Of a stretch of 64,000 nt of DNA, positions 22,837-35,040 are shown one piece after another. The DNA is from Eledone cirrhosa (taxonomy: Eukaryota): assembly GCA_964016885.1 (NCBI GenBank), contig OZ024743.1, forward strand, positions 245,086,001-245,150,000, written 5' to 3'. Under the pieces are notes generated by a model that saw nothing but the letters and a program-made list of their open reading frames with translations, was not told where the DNA came from and did not search any database. Numbering within the stretch: position 1 is the first letter of the stretch; each line of letters starts with the position of its first letter. Both the position numbers and the translations under genes were made by a program.

Positions 22837-23787
22837 GCATGACAACATGACAAATTCAGAAACGAAATACAACATGACAACATGACAAATACAACATGAC
22901 AACATGACAAATACAACATGACAACATGACAAATACAAATACAACATGACAAATACAAATACAACATGACAACATGACAAATACAACATGACAAATACAA
23001 ATACAACATGACAACATGACAAATACAAATACAACATGACAACATGACAAATACAAATACAACATGACAACATGACAAATACAACATGACAAATACAAAT
23101 ACAACATGACAACATGACAAATACAAATACAACATGACAACATGACAAATACAACATGACAACATGACAAATACAACATGACAAATACAAATACAACATG
23201 ACAACATGACAAATACAACATGACAAATACAAATACAACATGACAACATGACAAATACAACATAACAAATACAAATACAACATGACAACATGACAAATAC
23301 AACATGACAAAATACAAATACAACATGACAACATGACAAATACAACATGACAAATACAAATACAACATGACAACATGACAAATACAACATGACAAATACA
23401 AATACAACATGACAACATGACAAATACAAATACAACATGACAACATGACAAATACAACATGACAACATGACAAATACAACATGACAAATACAAATACAAC
23501 ATGACAACATGACAAATACAAATACAACATGACAACATGACAAATACAACATGACAAATACAAATACAACATGACAACATGACAAATACAACATGACAAC
23601 ATGACAAATACAACATGACAAATACAAATACAACATGACAACATGACAAATACAACATGACAAATACAAATACAACATGACAACATGACAAATACAACAT
23701 GACAAATACAAATACAACATGACAAATACAAATACAACATGACAACATGACAAATACAACATGACAAATACAAATACAACATGACAA
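22837..23787. repeat. irregular satellite of two words, ACAACATG and ACAAAT
   Basis: Read directly. Confidence 0.95.
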
Positions 23788-24324
23788 CAACACAAATTCA
23801 GAAGCGATATATATATATATATATATAAATCAAAGTACATCATATTCGAAGCCATAGTCGCAGCTAAGCCGACGAATGCTCTCAGCATTGCAGCCAAGCA
23901 CTCGACAAGGTATAAAGCCTAAGAGTAATAACATACAGTTTAAAGGGCTTTGCAAATTGAAGATAGCGACCGCTAGCTCAGCCGCGGGGTCCGTAGCAAC
24001 GAAAGAACTGACTCGTGAGAAAAATTACATACATATATACACACACAAATATATATATATAATTCAATATGTATCTTCGCGTGTGTGAGAGCATGTGTGT
24101 ATATTTCTTAAAATACGCGTTTCAAAATTCCATTTTATGCAGTAATATTTCATTTATTGTACAAGTCTATATATAAATATATAAACCAGGTGAGTATCTA
24201 TTTACATAAACTAACTCCTTATTACTGATAATCAGACATAGTTCTTATCTCAGCCATATCTCCGTTACTTGGCAGATACTGAATTAAATAATATTATCTT
24301 CTGTATAACAACTTTCTTTATATT

Positions 24325-24363
<39 letters not shown>

Positions 24364-24910
24364 GTGTGTGGTGTGTGGTGTGTGGTGTGTGATAAATAAG
24401 CTTCCATGTTTGTAATCTCCTGTCAAACAAAATTATAGTTCTCTGATATTAAGAGTGCACATAAAATTTAGGCAAGGCGGCCTCTATTTTGACCTGCTAG
24501 AAATAGCAGTTAAAAACCACACCTTTTGTTTAAAAATGGGAAAATGAATTCGATAGATCTTGCTTTGGTCCGGAAGAAGAGGTTTTGCTCGTAGCCATCG
24601 TTGGTACTTTGATGCCTGTGAAGCCAATGTGATCGATTTTTGTTTGAACAATTGCAGAAATATAAAGAAAATCTGAGAGAAAGGATTGGTTGTTGTAGTT
24701 AGCACGGTGTTGGGGTGCGGTGGGGTGGGGTGACAGGTTAGGGAGGAACAGACACAATGTAGATGATGACATGAGGAGAGACAATATACTCGGGTGTATA
24801 TGAGCAGAAGTAAACACGAGATTAGCCAGCTCCGAGGAACAGAGCTTACTGCAACCCCGGGTTAACCAAGAAGCAAAATAAGCACGTGTTTATGGCCTCA
24901 AGGAAAGAGA

Positions 24911-25019
24911 GGCTGAGTGGTTAGAGAATTGGATTCGCAATCTCACGATTGCGAGTTCGATTCCCGGACCGGGCGATGCATTATGTCCTTCAGCAAGACA
25001 CTTTATTTCATGTTGCTCC
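24911..25019 (+). mobile_element. tRNA-derived SINE head of a different family
   Basis: A-box-like GGCTGAGTGGTT and B-box GAGTTCGATTCCC, followed by ...AGCAAGACACTTTATTTCA. No intact tRNA acceptor stem. Confidence 0.65.
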
Positions 25020-25508
25020 TTCTGGCTAGATTTGCGACCGGTAAATAGAATTAGCAATTTGAAAGACCAATGGAAACATTGTTTCCTCGGTCCGATTTGA
25101 CTAGCTTCACCCCACTCGTTAAACCAATGAGGTCTGGGATCTTGTCGATATAATATATGGGAGAGATTTTTTCATATACAGTATATGGCCTCTGAAGGTC
25201 TTAATCCAGCTGTGGGTTACTGTAGTAGTGGGAAAGACAAGGTATTGGGTGGAGATGGCACAAGACCAGCCAGTTTACTGTTACAGTGGGTAGAAGAGTC
25301 AGGGTGGTCAGACATCTCCAGGCTAGGGGTTGAAGTGTGTTCATGAGAGACTCCATGCCACTCAGTTGAATGGCCTTTCTTTGAATGTCTATATATAAAG
25401 AAGCATCATCATACCGGCTGTGGCAACAATACCCCCTTGTGGTGGTGACGACGAGAGAATAACAAGATGGCACTGTCCTTCTACTTTTCAATGGTGCACC
25501 CTCAGATT

Positions 25509-25840
25509 GGGCCTTCTTGTGGGTCTGGAGCCAGTGGTGAGTTCGCCATTTTGTATGGCAAGCTGACCACTGGCTCCAGACCCACAGAAAGGCCCACACT
25601 CCGCTATAAAGATGTGTGCAAGCAGGACCTCAATGCATTAAGACATCAGAGCAGAGGAGAGGGGAACAGTGGGAAGAAAGAAGAGCACGCAGACGTCAGA
25701 GAGTGGAGTCAGTGCTCTTGGACGACATTGTCTTCACACAGCAACTGCAACAGGACCTGTCGTTTGAGGATAGGGCTCTACAACCACAGACTGACTTCCA
25801 TGGCGCAATCTCCATTGTCTCCTAAAACAGACGGACGCCA
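25509..25840 (+). mobile_element. degenerate 3' fragment of an RTE-type LINE with a 5' fold-back
   Basis: Peptides ILYGKLTTGSRPTERPTLRYKDVCKQDL and NCNRTCRLRIGLYNHR (C2H2-like RTE tail). Confidence 0.7.
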
Positions 25841-26073
25841 GAGACACTCAGATTTAAAGACATTTACTTATAACGAAATTCCACCTTAAAATTATAGCGA
25901 ATTAGTAAAAACCCGTCACTACGATGCCGGTAAAAATATTTGTTAATTGTTTCAAAGCCTGAGGTGCGATGTCTTTTTTATCTATCTTTTACACACACAC
26001 ACACTGCCCTACTCTCTCAACCCCCCCCCCCCCCTCTCAGTAACAACTTCAACAACAACAAACTATCATTATA

Positions 26074-28612
26074 GTGGATTGGCAGTATCGGTAGAGAGTC
26101 GGACACCATGCTTTGAAGCATAGAGTCACGTCCCTTTATGATCTGAGTTCAAATCTCGCCGAGGTTAACTTTGCCTTTCATCCTTACGGGGTCGATAAAA
26201 TAAAATACCAGTAATGTACTGGGTAATTGCTGGCCTTGTGCCTAAAATAGAAAAAATTATAGTGAAACTCTTTTTTTTAAAGTCTGTCATCACTTTCACT
26301 CTCACGCCATAAACGATCCACATCTCTTTCACATACACTCTCTCTCTCTCTCTCTCCATCACGGTGTTTCTCTCTCGACAAGAACTTTTCACTCCTCCCA
26401 TTTCCCTTCCTTCTACATATATGTTGTGACGGACAGACAGACGGAGAAACAGCTTCTCTTTTATAATATAGATCATAGTGCTCACCCAGAATGTTCTGAA
26501 ACCACCTATCCCCATCTTACGAGCACCATAGCCTGGCGACGGGCCTGTTTGTGGGTTTCACATGAGCTTTGTAAAGAGTTAGTGAATGAAGGGTCGTGGA
26601 AGGATATATAATGCCATGTCAATGTACTGAGAATTCTTTATCGTTTGAATCTTAACAGAAGAAAAGCGTAAAAGACTTTATACCTATCTATCGCATACTC
26701 CCGTATAATAATGTTTCTGCTTTTGGCACAAGGCCAGCAATTATCCAGTGTATTACTGGTACTTTATTTCATCGACCCCGTAAGGATGATTGGCAAAGCT
26801 AACCTCGGTGGGATTTGAACTCAAAACACCAAGGGCCATAACTCTGTGCTGCAAAGCACGGTGTCTGACGCTCTACCGATACTGCCAATCCACTAGTAAT
26901 GTTTTCTATTATAGGCACAAGGCCAACAATATTAGTGGAGGGGAAAGTTGATTAAATCGACCCCAGTGCGTTACTGGTACTTTATTTTATTTACCCCGTA
27001 ACGATGAAAGGTAAAGTTAACTTCGGCAGGATTTGAACTCAGAACGTAAAGGACCGTAACTCTGTGTCACTTAGCATATTGTCCGACGTTCTCCCGATTC
27101 TGCCAATCCACCTAATAATTGTTTCTACTTTTTGGCACAAGGCCAGCAGTTACCCCAGTGCATAACTGGTACTTTATTTTATCGACCCCTTAAGGATGAA
27201 AGGTAAAGTTAACCTCGGCGGGATTTGAACTCAGGCCCCGCCGAGGTTAACTTTGCCTTAGTGTGTGTGTGGGGGGGGGGGGGGGGGGGGTCAGAGAAGC
27301 GGATATGAACATCAAATATAGACCTGTGTAACTAAGACAATATCTCTCGCTCCGCGTGCGTGCGTGTGTCTGTCTTTCTGTCTGTGTGTTTATATATGTG
27401 TCTGTCTGTGTGTGTGTGTGTGTGTGTGTCTGTGTGTGTGTGTGTGTGTCTTTGTGTGTGTGTGTGTGCGCGTGTCTATATGTGTGTGAGTCGTGTCAGT
27501 CTATCTAAATAGCTTTCTACCATATTACCATGAGGGCGGTGAACTGGGAGAATCGTTAGTGCCGGATAAAATGTCTTGCGGTATTTGTTCATGCTCTTTT
27601 CTTAGTTCAAATCCCGCTGTGGTTAGCTTTGCCCCTTCATCCTTGTAAATTGTAGAAAGGCCTTATGCCTAAAAATCATTGGTGGATTGGCTGTATCGGG
27701 AGAGAGTCAGACACCATGCTTTGAAGCATAGAGTTACGTCCCTTTATGATCGGAGTTCAAATCCCGCCGAGGTTAACTTTGCCTTTCATCCTTACGGGGT
27801 CGATAAAATAAAGTACCAGTAATGTACTGGGTAATTGCTGGCCTTGTGCCTAAAATAGAAACAATTATTATGATTAAATTAAGGGCGGTGGATTGCCAGT
27901 AGAGCGTATTAGAGCTTTGCAGCATATAGTTACGTCCCTTTACGTTCTGAGTTCAAATCTCGCCGAGGTTAGCTTTGCCTTTCATCCTTACGGAGGTCGA
28001 TAAAATAAAGTACCGTCCTTCCCCTCCCCTAACATTGTTAGTCTTGTGCCTAAACCAGAAACTATGATTTTTTTTTTTTTTACAGTAGAATTGCTGAGTA
28101 TTGAAGTTATTTCCTCTCACTGATGTCGCTAACGAATCGTTAGAGAGTCTTAGAAAATAACTTGCGGTTACGTCCCTTTCGATTCTGAGTTCAAATCATA
28201 TTGAGGTCGAATTTACTTTTTACTCTCCTATCTTTCTTGACTACCAGTTAAGTACAAGGAATTGGTAATGACCACTACACAAAATAAGTACGCCTTTCAT
28301 CCTTACGGGGTCGATAAAATAAAGCCCCAGTAATGCACTGGGGTAATTGCTGGCCTTGTGCCATAAGTAGAAACAATTATTTACTTACAGTCAGGGTGGA
28401 TTATTGGCAGTATCGGTAGAGCGTCAAACTCCATGCATTGCAGCATAGAGTTACGGCCCTTTACGTTTTGAGTTCAAATCCTGCTGAGTTTAGCTTTGCC
28501 TTTCATCCTTACAGGGTCGATAAAATAAAGTACCAGTAACGCACTGGGGTCGATTCAATCGACTTTCCCCTCCCCCTAATTGCTGGCCTTGTGCCTAAAG
28601 TAGAAATCATTA
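26074..28612. mobile_element. cluster of about nine SINE copies in both orientations
   Basis: Plus copies at ~26074-26260, 27533-27645 (partial), 27681-27870, 27883-28060, 28270-28381 and 28395-28612. Minus copies at ~26707-26893, 26897-27112 and 27114-27233. Confidence 0.85.
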
Positions 28613-28889
28613 TTTACTTACAGTCTGTCTGGCCTCCTCCGAAATTACATATAATAAGAGTCTTTTTTAGTGTTTTAATTATAGGGCCTCAATTCTAAAA
28701 TGTTACTATGTTACTGTTGTACGAAATGCGCCCCTGATCAGTGACTAAGTAATATTAATATTAAGTTGTTGAGAGAAATGGAGGGAAAGGAAAAAGAAGA
28801 AAAAAAAACAACAAAAAACTGTGTCCTAACTTGACTTCAGGAAATTCACCACCAAGTGCGACAATCGACCGCACCTCCCACCTTAGGGG

Positions 28890-29375
28890 TTAACTACACA
28901 CTTTAAGGCAAGCCAACACACTCGCAGCATTACCATGGGCGATGGCAAGGCTAAGGCGCTGAAATAACCAGGCCCCCTCACGGGTATCACCTGACACCTC
29001 AGTAAGGTGATCCGCCAGTGATGACAAGAACTTCGCTGTCAGTGGCCCAACTCCACCAAACCTCTCGAACGCCACAGGCTGGAAAAATAATTATTTGATA
29101 AGTAAGTCCAGGTATTTACGAATTTTATTCCGTTCGGCAATCGAAGCAGTGATCCCCACATTCACGGCGGCGTCCATGATGTGGGAGGGGGCAAAAGAGT
29201 CACTGACTGTGACGTCCCAGATGATACATCTGCCGCTTACCCAGGGACAAAGGGTAAGACCGTCTGGTCTCTTCCTATCACTTCTGGATAAACCAGCCGG
29301 TTCCAGAACTGTGGGGATATTTACCCGTTTGATGATTAGGTTTAGCTCGGTGTAATGAGCAAAACGACCAGCATA
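28890..29375 (-). pseudogene. 3' fragment of a CRE-like non-LTR retrotransposon (restriction-like endonuclease)
   Basis: LEPAGLSRSDRKRPDGLTLCPW..GRCIIWDVTV...AERNKIRKY...PVAFERFG...LSLAIAHGNAASV, with an internal stop near 29090. Confidence 0.75.
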
Positions 29376-30557
29376 AGTCGGAACAAGTATAGTTTTAACA
29401 ATTCCACCAATCCACTTACCTTGGGTTGGTTAATTATATAAGTTGCCCTCAGTAATGTGGAATTGAGGGCACAGACAGCCGAGGCCGGAACAAATACCGC
29501 GAGGGATTTAATCAACGTTCCAACAACCCTGCCAATTCTCTATCTAGTCAAGTACGGAAAACATTGAGGAAGAGGTATATAAGTCAAGTGAACCCTAGTA
29601 ATGGATCGGTACATTTTTATCGGCCTCGAAAAGATGAAAGGCCAAGTTAACCTAGGCAGGAGCTCAGAGCACAAAGAGTCGGAAGGAATACCGCAAAGCA
29701 TTCTATCCAACGTTCTAACGATTCTGTTGTCAAGCCTGTGAAAGGATGGGGGGGGGGGTCCAGCGGGTACTTTGTTCCGGGACCCAAGAGCTAAGAAGGC
29801 CCCACAAAAACCATGTAACATATATTTTGAGAAAAATATTTGCCTGCTTCAGCAAAGGGGTTTTGTACCGCTTTGCAAAATTCCTCTTGGAGGCCCTGCT
29901 GCCGAATTGCCGCCTACCTAAATATTTTATGGGACAATATAAAATATTTGGATATGTAAGAGAGAGAGAAGTATGGAAATGTGCAACATAATTCCACTAC
30001 ATACTATTTTTATGCTTATAAAAAATTAGAGTGAGTGCTGTCAACCACATTGTTTGTTCATTAGAAATAGTCTACTAATAGCTTGCTAATTAATTAATGA
30101 ACTCATTATAATACCTATAATTTATTCCTGCCACTTAACAATCGTTTACACAAGCTATGGATGTTAGCCGCTTATTTGTTTTTTAAATAAGATGTTTCAT
30201 TATTAACACGTGCCTCAGTCATATCTGATAATTTATTGAAAAGGTTTCCACCTACCACAAGGACTTCTTCTTCTTCCTCTTTCTATTGTGACATACCAAG
30301 CAATGAAATGACCTTAGATGTTTGTTAATCAGTCGACACAGAGCATGTTTGCACATCAAGCAACAGTTAATTAAAAGACAACCTGGGTGTGGATTAAAAA
30401 ATATTATCCTCAGGAATGTGGGGGTACTGCTACATAAAAAGAAATGCGTTTTGTATCTCCATGTCCTAATCAATATAATAACCATTTCTTAATTGTAACA
30501 AGACTGAAATTAGCTTAGTAAAATTGTTGATGTTTAGCACAACTCCGAACATGCTTA

Positions 30558-30940
30558 ATATGGTTTCTGATTTAGATACAAGGCCAACAATTTAAAGGGA
30601 AAGTCAATTAAATCGATCCGAGTGCGTTAGTGGTACTTTATTTTATCAACCCCGTAATGATGACATGCAAAGCTAACCTCGACGGGATTTGAACTCAGAA
30701 CGTAAAGGGTCGTAATTCTATGCTGCAAAGCATGTTGTCCGTCGCTCTACCAATTCTGCCAATCCACCGCCCTAAATAATGGTTTATGATTTAGGCACAA
30801 AGCCAATCATTTTGGGGAAGTGAAAGTTGATTAAATTGACTCCTTTGTTTTATTTACCCCGTAAGGAAGAAAAACAAAGCTAACCTCGGCGGGATTTCTA
30901 CTAAGAACGTAAAGGGCCTTAACTATATGCCGCAAAGCAT
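30558..30940 (-). mobile_element. two tandem SINE copies
   Basis: Same family as 955-1139. Confidence 0.8.
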
Positions 30941-31517
30941 GTAACCGAACAAACTGATATCATTTTTTAAAGTGTTCCTATTTATCTAAAAACTTTCCAT
31001 TTTATATTAAGTTATGCTCCAAACACCAGCGTAATAATGAGATTGTTGATTATTTTACTACACCCTCCAAATTTTTGATTATTTTAAATTCTTGGACAGT
31101 GATTTCTTTAGATATATGGTACAAAAAGGCTTAACCTCGATTTTCCTGGTGCTTGGAGAAGCCTACTCTACACCATGGTGTAGCTAAGATTATAAGACTT
31201 AAAATAAAGATTTCTTGTGGCACTAAACTAAATATGTAACTAGATATCTAACTCGCCACGGTCATATTTTATCGCTTGGTAAAGTGGAAGCGCAGTACTC
31301 ATTTCCATGGCCTGCAAGATTCGTGGGTAGAATGAGGAAGCTATCAAAATGCTTGCAACAGAGGGGACTCTGCGAAAGCCACACAAGTTTCCAGATGATG
31401 GTGTTGAATAAAACAACTTATTAAGTAGGCCACGGCGGGGTTTAAACTCAGAACTCAAAGAATCAGAACATTTGTACATTATTGTAGTGCACCTGAGCAC
31501 TGTACACAGAATTTTCA

Positions 31518-31665
31518 TTAGAGTTACGGCCCTTGCCATTCTGAGTTCAAATCCCACCTAGGTCAACTTTGCCTGTCATCCTTACGGGGTCGATAAAATA
31601 AAGTACCAGTAATGCACTGGGATAATTGCTGGCCTTGTGCCAAAAGTAGAAAAAATTATTATTAT
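31518..31665 (+). mobile_element. 5'-truncated SINE fused behind a CR1 tail fragment (~31468-31520)
   Basis: SINE core present. The preceding TTGTAGTGCACCTGAGCACTGTACACA matches the CR1 3' end at ~59530. Confidence 0.7.
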
Positions 31666-32063
31666 AAATTCCACAAGGCATCCTATCCGACAGTCTAACT
31701 ACTCCACCAGCCCACTTCTCAGAGTGATACTTTATTTAACGACCTTTGGAAGATGAAAAGCCAGGCCGGTCGGATTTGAACTGAAAACGCAGGTACCGGA
31801 ATAAATAGCCAAACATATTTTGTCCGAAGTTCTAATACTTCTGCCAAATTGACCACATATCATTGTAAATGTGTGCGACCTGACTGAATCTACCCACGTT
31901 TACCACTGGTAATTATTTCATCAATCTTTGAGTAATTGAACTAGTGTGATAGTCTTTGCATGTCCACTTGACCTGCTAGAACTAGAAATCAAATATCCCT
32001 CAAATTAAATCCCAAATGTACGGTAAGTCTAGATATCTATAAAATGTTACGTACGTACGTACA

Positions 32064-33277
32064 TGATGGCTGCCCCCTCGTTATCGAGTATGGCGATTGC
32101 ACGAAATACCATTATTAATAATTATTAATTAATTCTATCGTGCAATGCCTGTGCGTGAAGTATTTTTTTTTAAGTGAGAAAAGACTGTGCACTGAGCCAA
32201 TCCCACTCTCTGAGCGACAGTAGCTATAACCCGAAAAGAAGAAAAGATCAACATCATCGGTAACTACTGAGCTGCAGGTTTTATATCGGAGTTATCCCAG
32301 ATTCCTGAGTTTCCTTCTCCTAGAGGAATGCCCTGACAAAGGCTAGGGGTCCTTCACTCCCAGTGGTTTAACCGCGCGATCGGGTGTCCAGCCCAACTAT
32401 TTCTATGTCCCCGCGCATATACACACACATGCACCCATGTATATACGTATATACATACATATGTACATGTGTATATACATATTTACACACTTTTGGATGG
32501 CCGTTGACTCTTATGAGTTCTTCTGTCCTAGGTCAGGTTTTGTATTTTCTCCTGCAGGGTGTCCAAAATCACTCTCCTCACCAAGTAAACTTGGTGGGGT
32601 TGCCGGTTTAGTCGCCGACGACCCGACCATGCGATAGGTTGTACTGGGTTACATGCTACCAGTAGCACTCAAGAGTAACCCGACATACATACATACATAC
32701 ATACATACATACATACATACATGGTGGCTGCCAACTCGTTTTCGAGTACGGCCACTACTTTATATCCATGTAGGAGAACCCCTACCGATGCGCTGAACGA
32801 GTGTGACTTTTTAGTCCAGCCAGCGACTTGAAAACTGGTACAAACACTACACTTGTGACAATTATTGACACATAGTGCTGGGCCCATGGTACCATGTGAC
32901 GACAAGTGCAGAGAGATCTCCAGATATAAAGAAATGCCTGTGCCGTGAAGCTTTTATAGTGAGCAAAGGCACTGCACAAAGCCAGTCACACTCTCTTAAC
33001 CAAGATGATATTTACCAAAAAGAAGAACAAGTCAACATCATTGGATACCATCAGGGTTGCAGGTGTTATATCAGAGTTTTCCTTCTCCTAGAATTCATAC
33101 ATACATACATATATACATACATACTTGGTGGCTGCCAACTCGTTTTCGAGTACGGCCACTACTTTATATCCATGTAGGAGTACCCCTACCGATGCGCTGA
33201 ACGAGTGTGACTTTTTAGTCCAGCCAGCGACTTGAAAACTCTGGTACAAACACTACACTTGTGACAATTATTGACAC
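32064..33277 (-). mobile_element. cluster of fragments of the RTE-related short element, separated by TACA repeats
   Basis: 32064-32400 is a diverged relative. 32491-32682, 32722-33095 and 33126-33277 match parts of 21513-22120. Confidence 0.65.
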
Positions 33278-33297
33278 ACACACACATACATACATAC

Positions 33298-33917
33298 AAA
33301 CAAAGATCGAGGATGTAAGCCACATTGTTGCCAGCTGCGAAAGAATGTCATCTCGCTATGAGACACGATGGGATAGCTAAAACCATCTGGAACGCACTTC
33401 GGAAAACAAAATTAACAACAAACGAGGAACAATATATTGAGACAGATGGCACCAAGGAATACTGGTGGAACCTGAAAATAAAAACTGCCACCAAATTAAA
33501 GCACAACCGGCCTGATATTGTTGTTTGGGACCACACATTGAAAACATGTTCTGTTGTGGAGATCAGCTGCCCACTTGATGTAAACGTTGTCAGAAAAATA
33601 CAGGAGAAGGAGGACATCTACAGACCATTGATGAGGAGTTTACAAATCCAGTATCTAAGATACACCTTTAGCTTCATACCCATCATTATTGAAGCTACGG
33701 GTTATATACCAACCCGCTTGGACCAAAGTATGACTGAACTTGGATTTGCGGACAAAAAGCGCAGCTCCCTAATTCATAGTCTACAAATGGCTGCGATAGC
33801 TGGCACCTTCAAAATTTGCAAAACATTCTTGCGATTCAAGGGATGACAATTTCTTTTCTTTTACAACCTTCCCACCAAGAAGGTGGCCGGTCAAAAAAAA
33901 TATACTCGAAATTAAGA
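33298..33917 (+). mobile_element. 5'-truncated R4/Dong-like non-LTR retrotransposon (RLE domain; ORF 33325-33846)
   Basis: RHDGIAK...WWNLKIKT..KLKHNRPDIVVWD....SVVEISCP, with (TACA)n on both flanks. Confidence 0.75.
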
Positions 33918-34774
33918 CATACATACATACATACATTACATACATAGTGATTGCTCCATCTGCACAGATTATTGCCGTCTCTTTGTGATCCCTTGATTCC
34001 ATCACCATCTCTCCGTCCATGCAAAAGACACACGAGCAAGGCAGCATCAAGGCCCTGACAATCTCCTGACAAAACTCCAGCATACGACATAACCTCTATG
34101 GCTGTTAGAGAACTGTAAAAGTGACATCTGTACATCATTTGGTTATGATAAACGCTTGTACAACACGAGTACTACTCTCTAAGTCTCGATCATAATCTGG
34201 GGACAAGCCTAAGCAAGATGACCAGTAATCACTCATGCGGGTTTCACTTCAGAATTTCCCCCTCTTAGGAGAATGTCGTTACAACAGCACAGGGTTCTTC
34301 ACTCCCAGTGAAATAACCCCAGCCCCTAAAACGGCCAGGTTTTATAGGGCTAAGGGGCCAGTAACTTGCACTCCTCTTGTCACTTCCAAACATCTCGACT
34401 ACAGGAAAGCCAGGATTTGGACTTCGGTTGTTAGAGGCTATATGAGATACACGGGGTTTTTTTGGAGGGGGGGGGGGGGTCCTAGAGAATATATTCTCAG
34501 ACCTACTCCCAGCCCGACAATGACAACCTTAGGAGATAATACACACACACATGGCTGAAATACATTTCATAGGTCTACACACTCAGGGTTAACCTGACGC
34601 TAAACAATAGCTACGCCTGCGGATGGGTGTAACTGAATAATGTTAATTATTAGACGTACTACCATCTCTGCTACACCAACAGATCTAATTAATGTTTAAT
34701 GAACTTTTAAAATTACACGGGAATTAGAAACTTTGAAAACCAAGTATTAATGAACACCAGAAATAGACATGTAT

Positions 34775-35040
34775 GTATGGTGATGATGATCACAACAATG
34801 ATACTCAGTATTGTGGTAGTGGTGGTGGTGGTGGTGGTAATTATGATGAAGATAGTAATGATAGTAGTGGTGGTGGTAACGTGGGTGTAGTGTCAATAGT
34901 ACAAACTGGTGGCGACTGTGGTAGTGGTGGAGGTTACGATGATGATTGTGGCGATGTTGGTGATAATTATAATGAAGATAGTAGTGATAGTAGTGGTGGT
35001 GGTAACGTGGGTGTAGTGTCAATAGTACAAACTGCAGATG
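34775..35040. repeat. GGT/GAT-rich low-complexity tract with an internal duplication
   Basis: GATAGTAGTGGTGGTGGTAACGTGGGTGTAGTGTCAATAGTACAAACTG occurs twice. Confidence 0.7.

Noticed and set aside
22776-23897. Cys/Val-rich ORFs of 308-373 aa
   Set aside because: All three minus-strand frames are open because of the two-word satellite.
23828-23925. KYIIFEAIV, resembling the start of a GIY-YIG domain
   Set aside because: No YIG half-motif or Cys linker, and an early stop.
24911-24985. Possible tRNA gene
   Set aside because: A and B boxes are present, but there is no acceptor stem and it continues into a SINE body.
26428-26473. GACA-type repeat plus TTTTATAATATAGAT, resembling a Helitron 5' end on the minus strand
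   Set aside because: No matching 3' hairpin-CTAG was found nearby, so it cannot be delimited.
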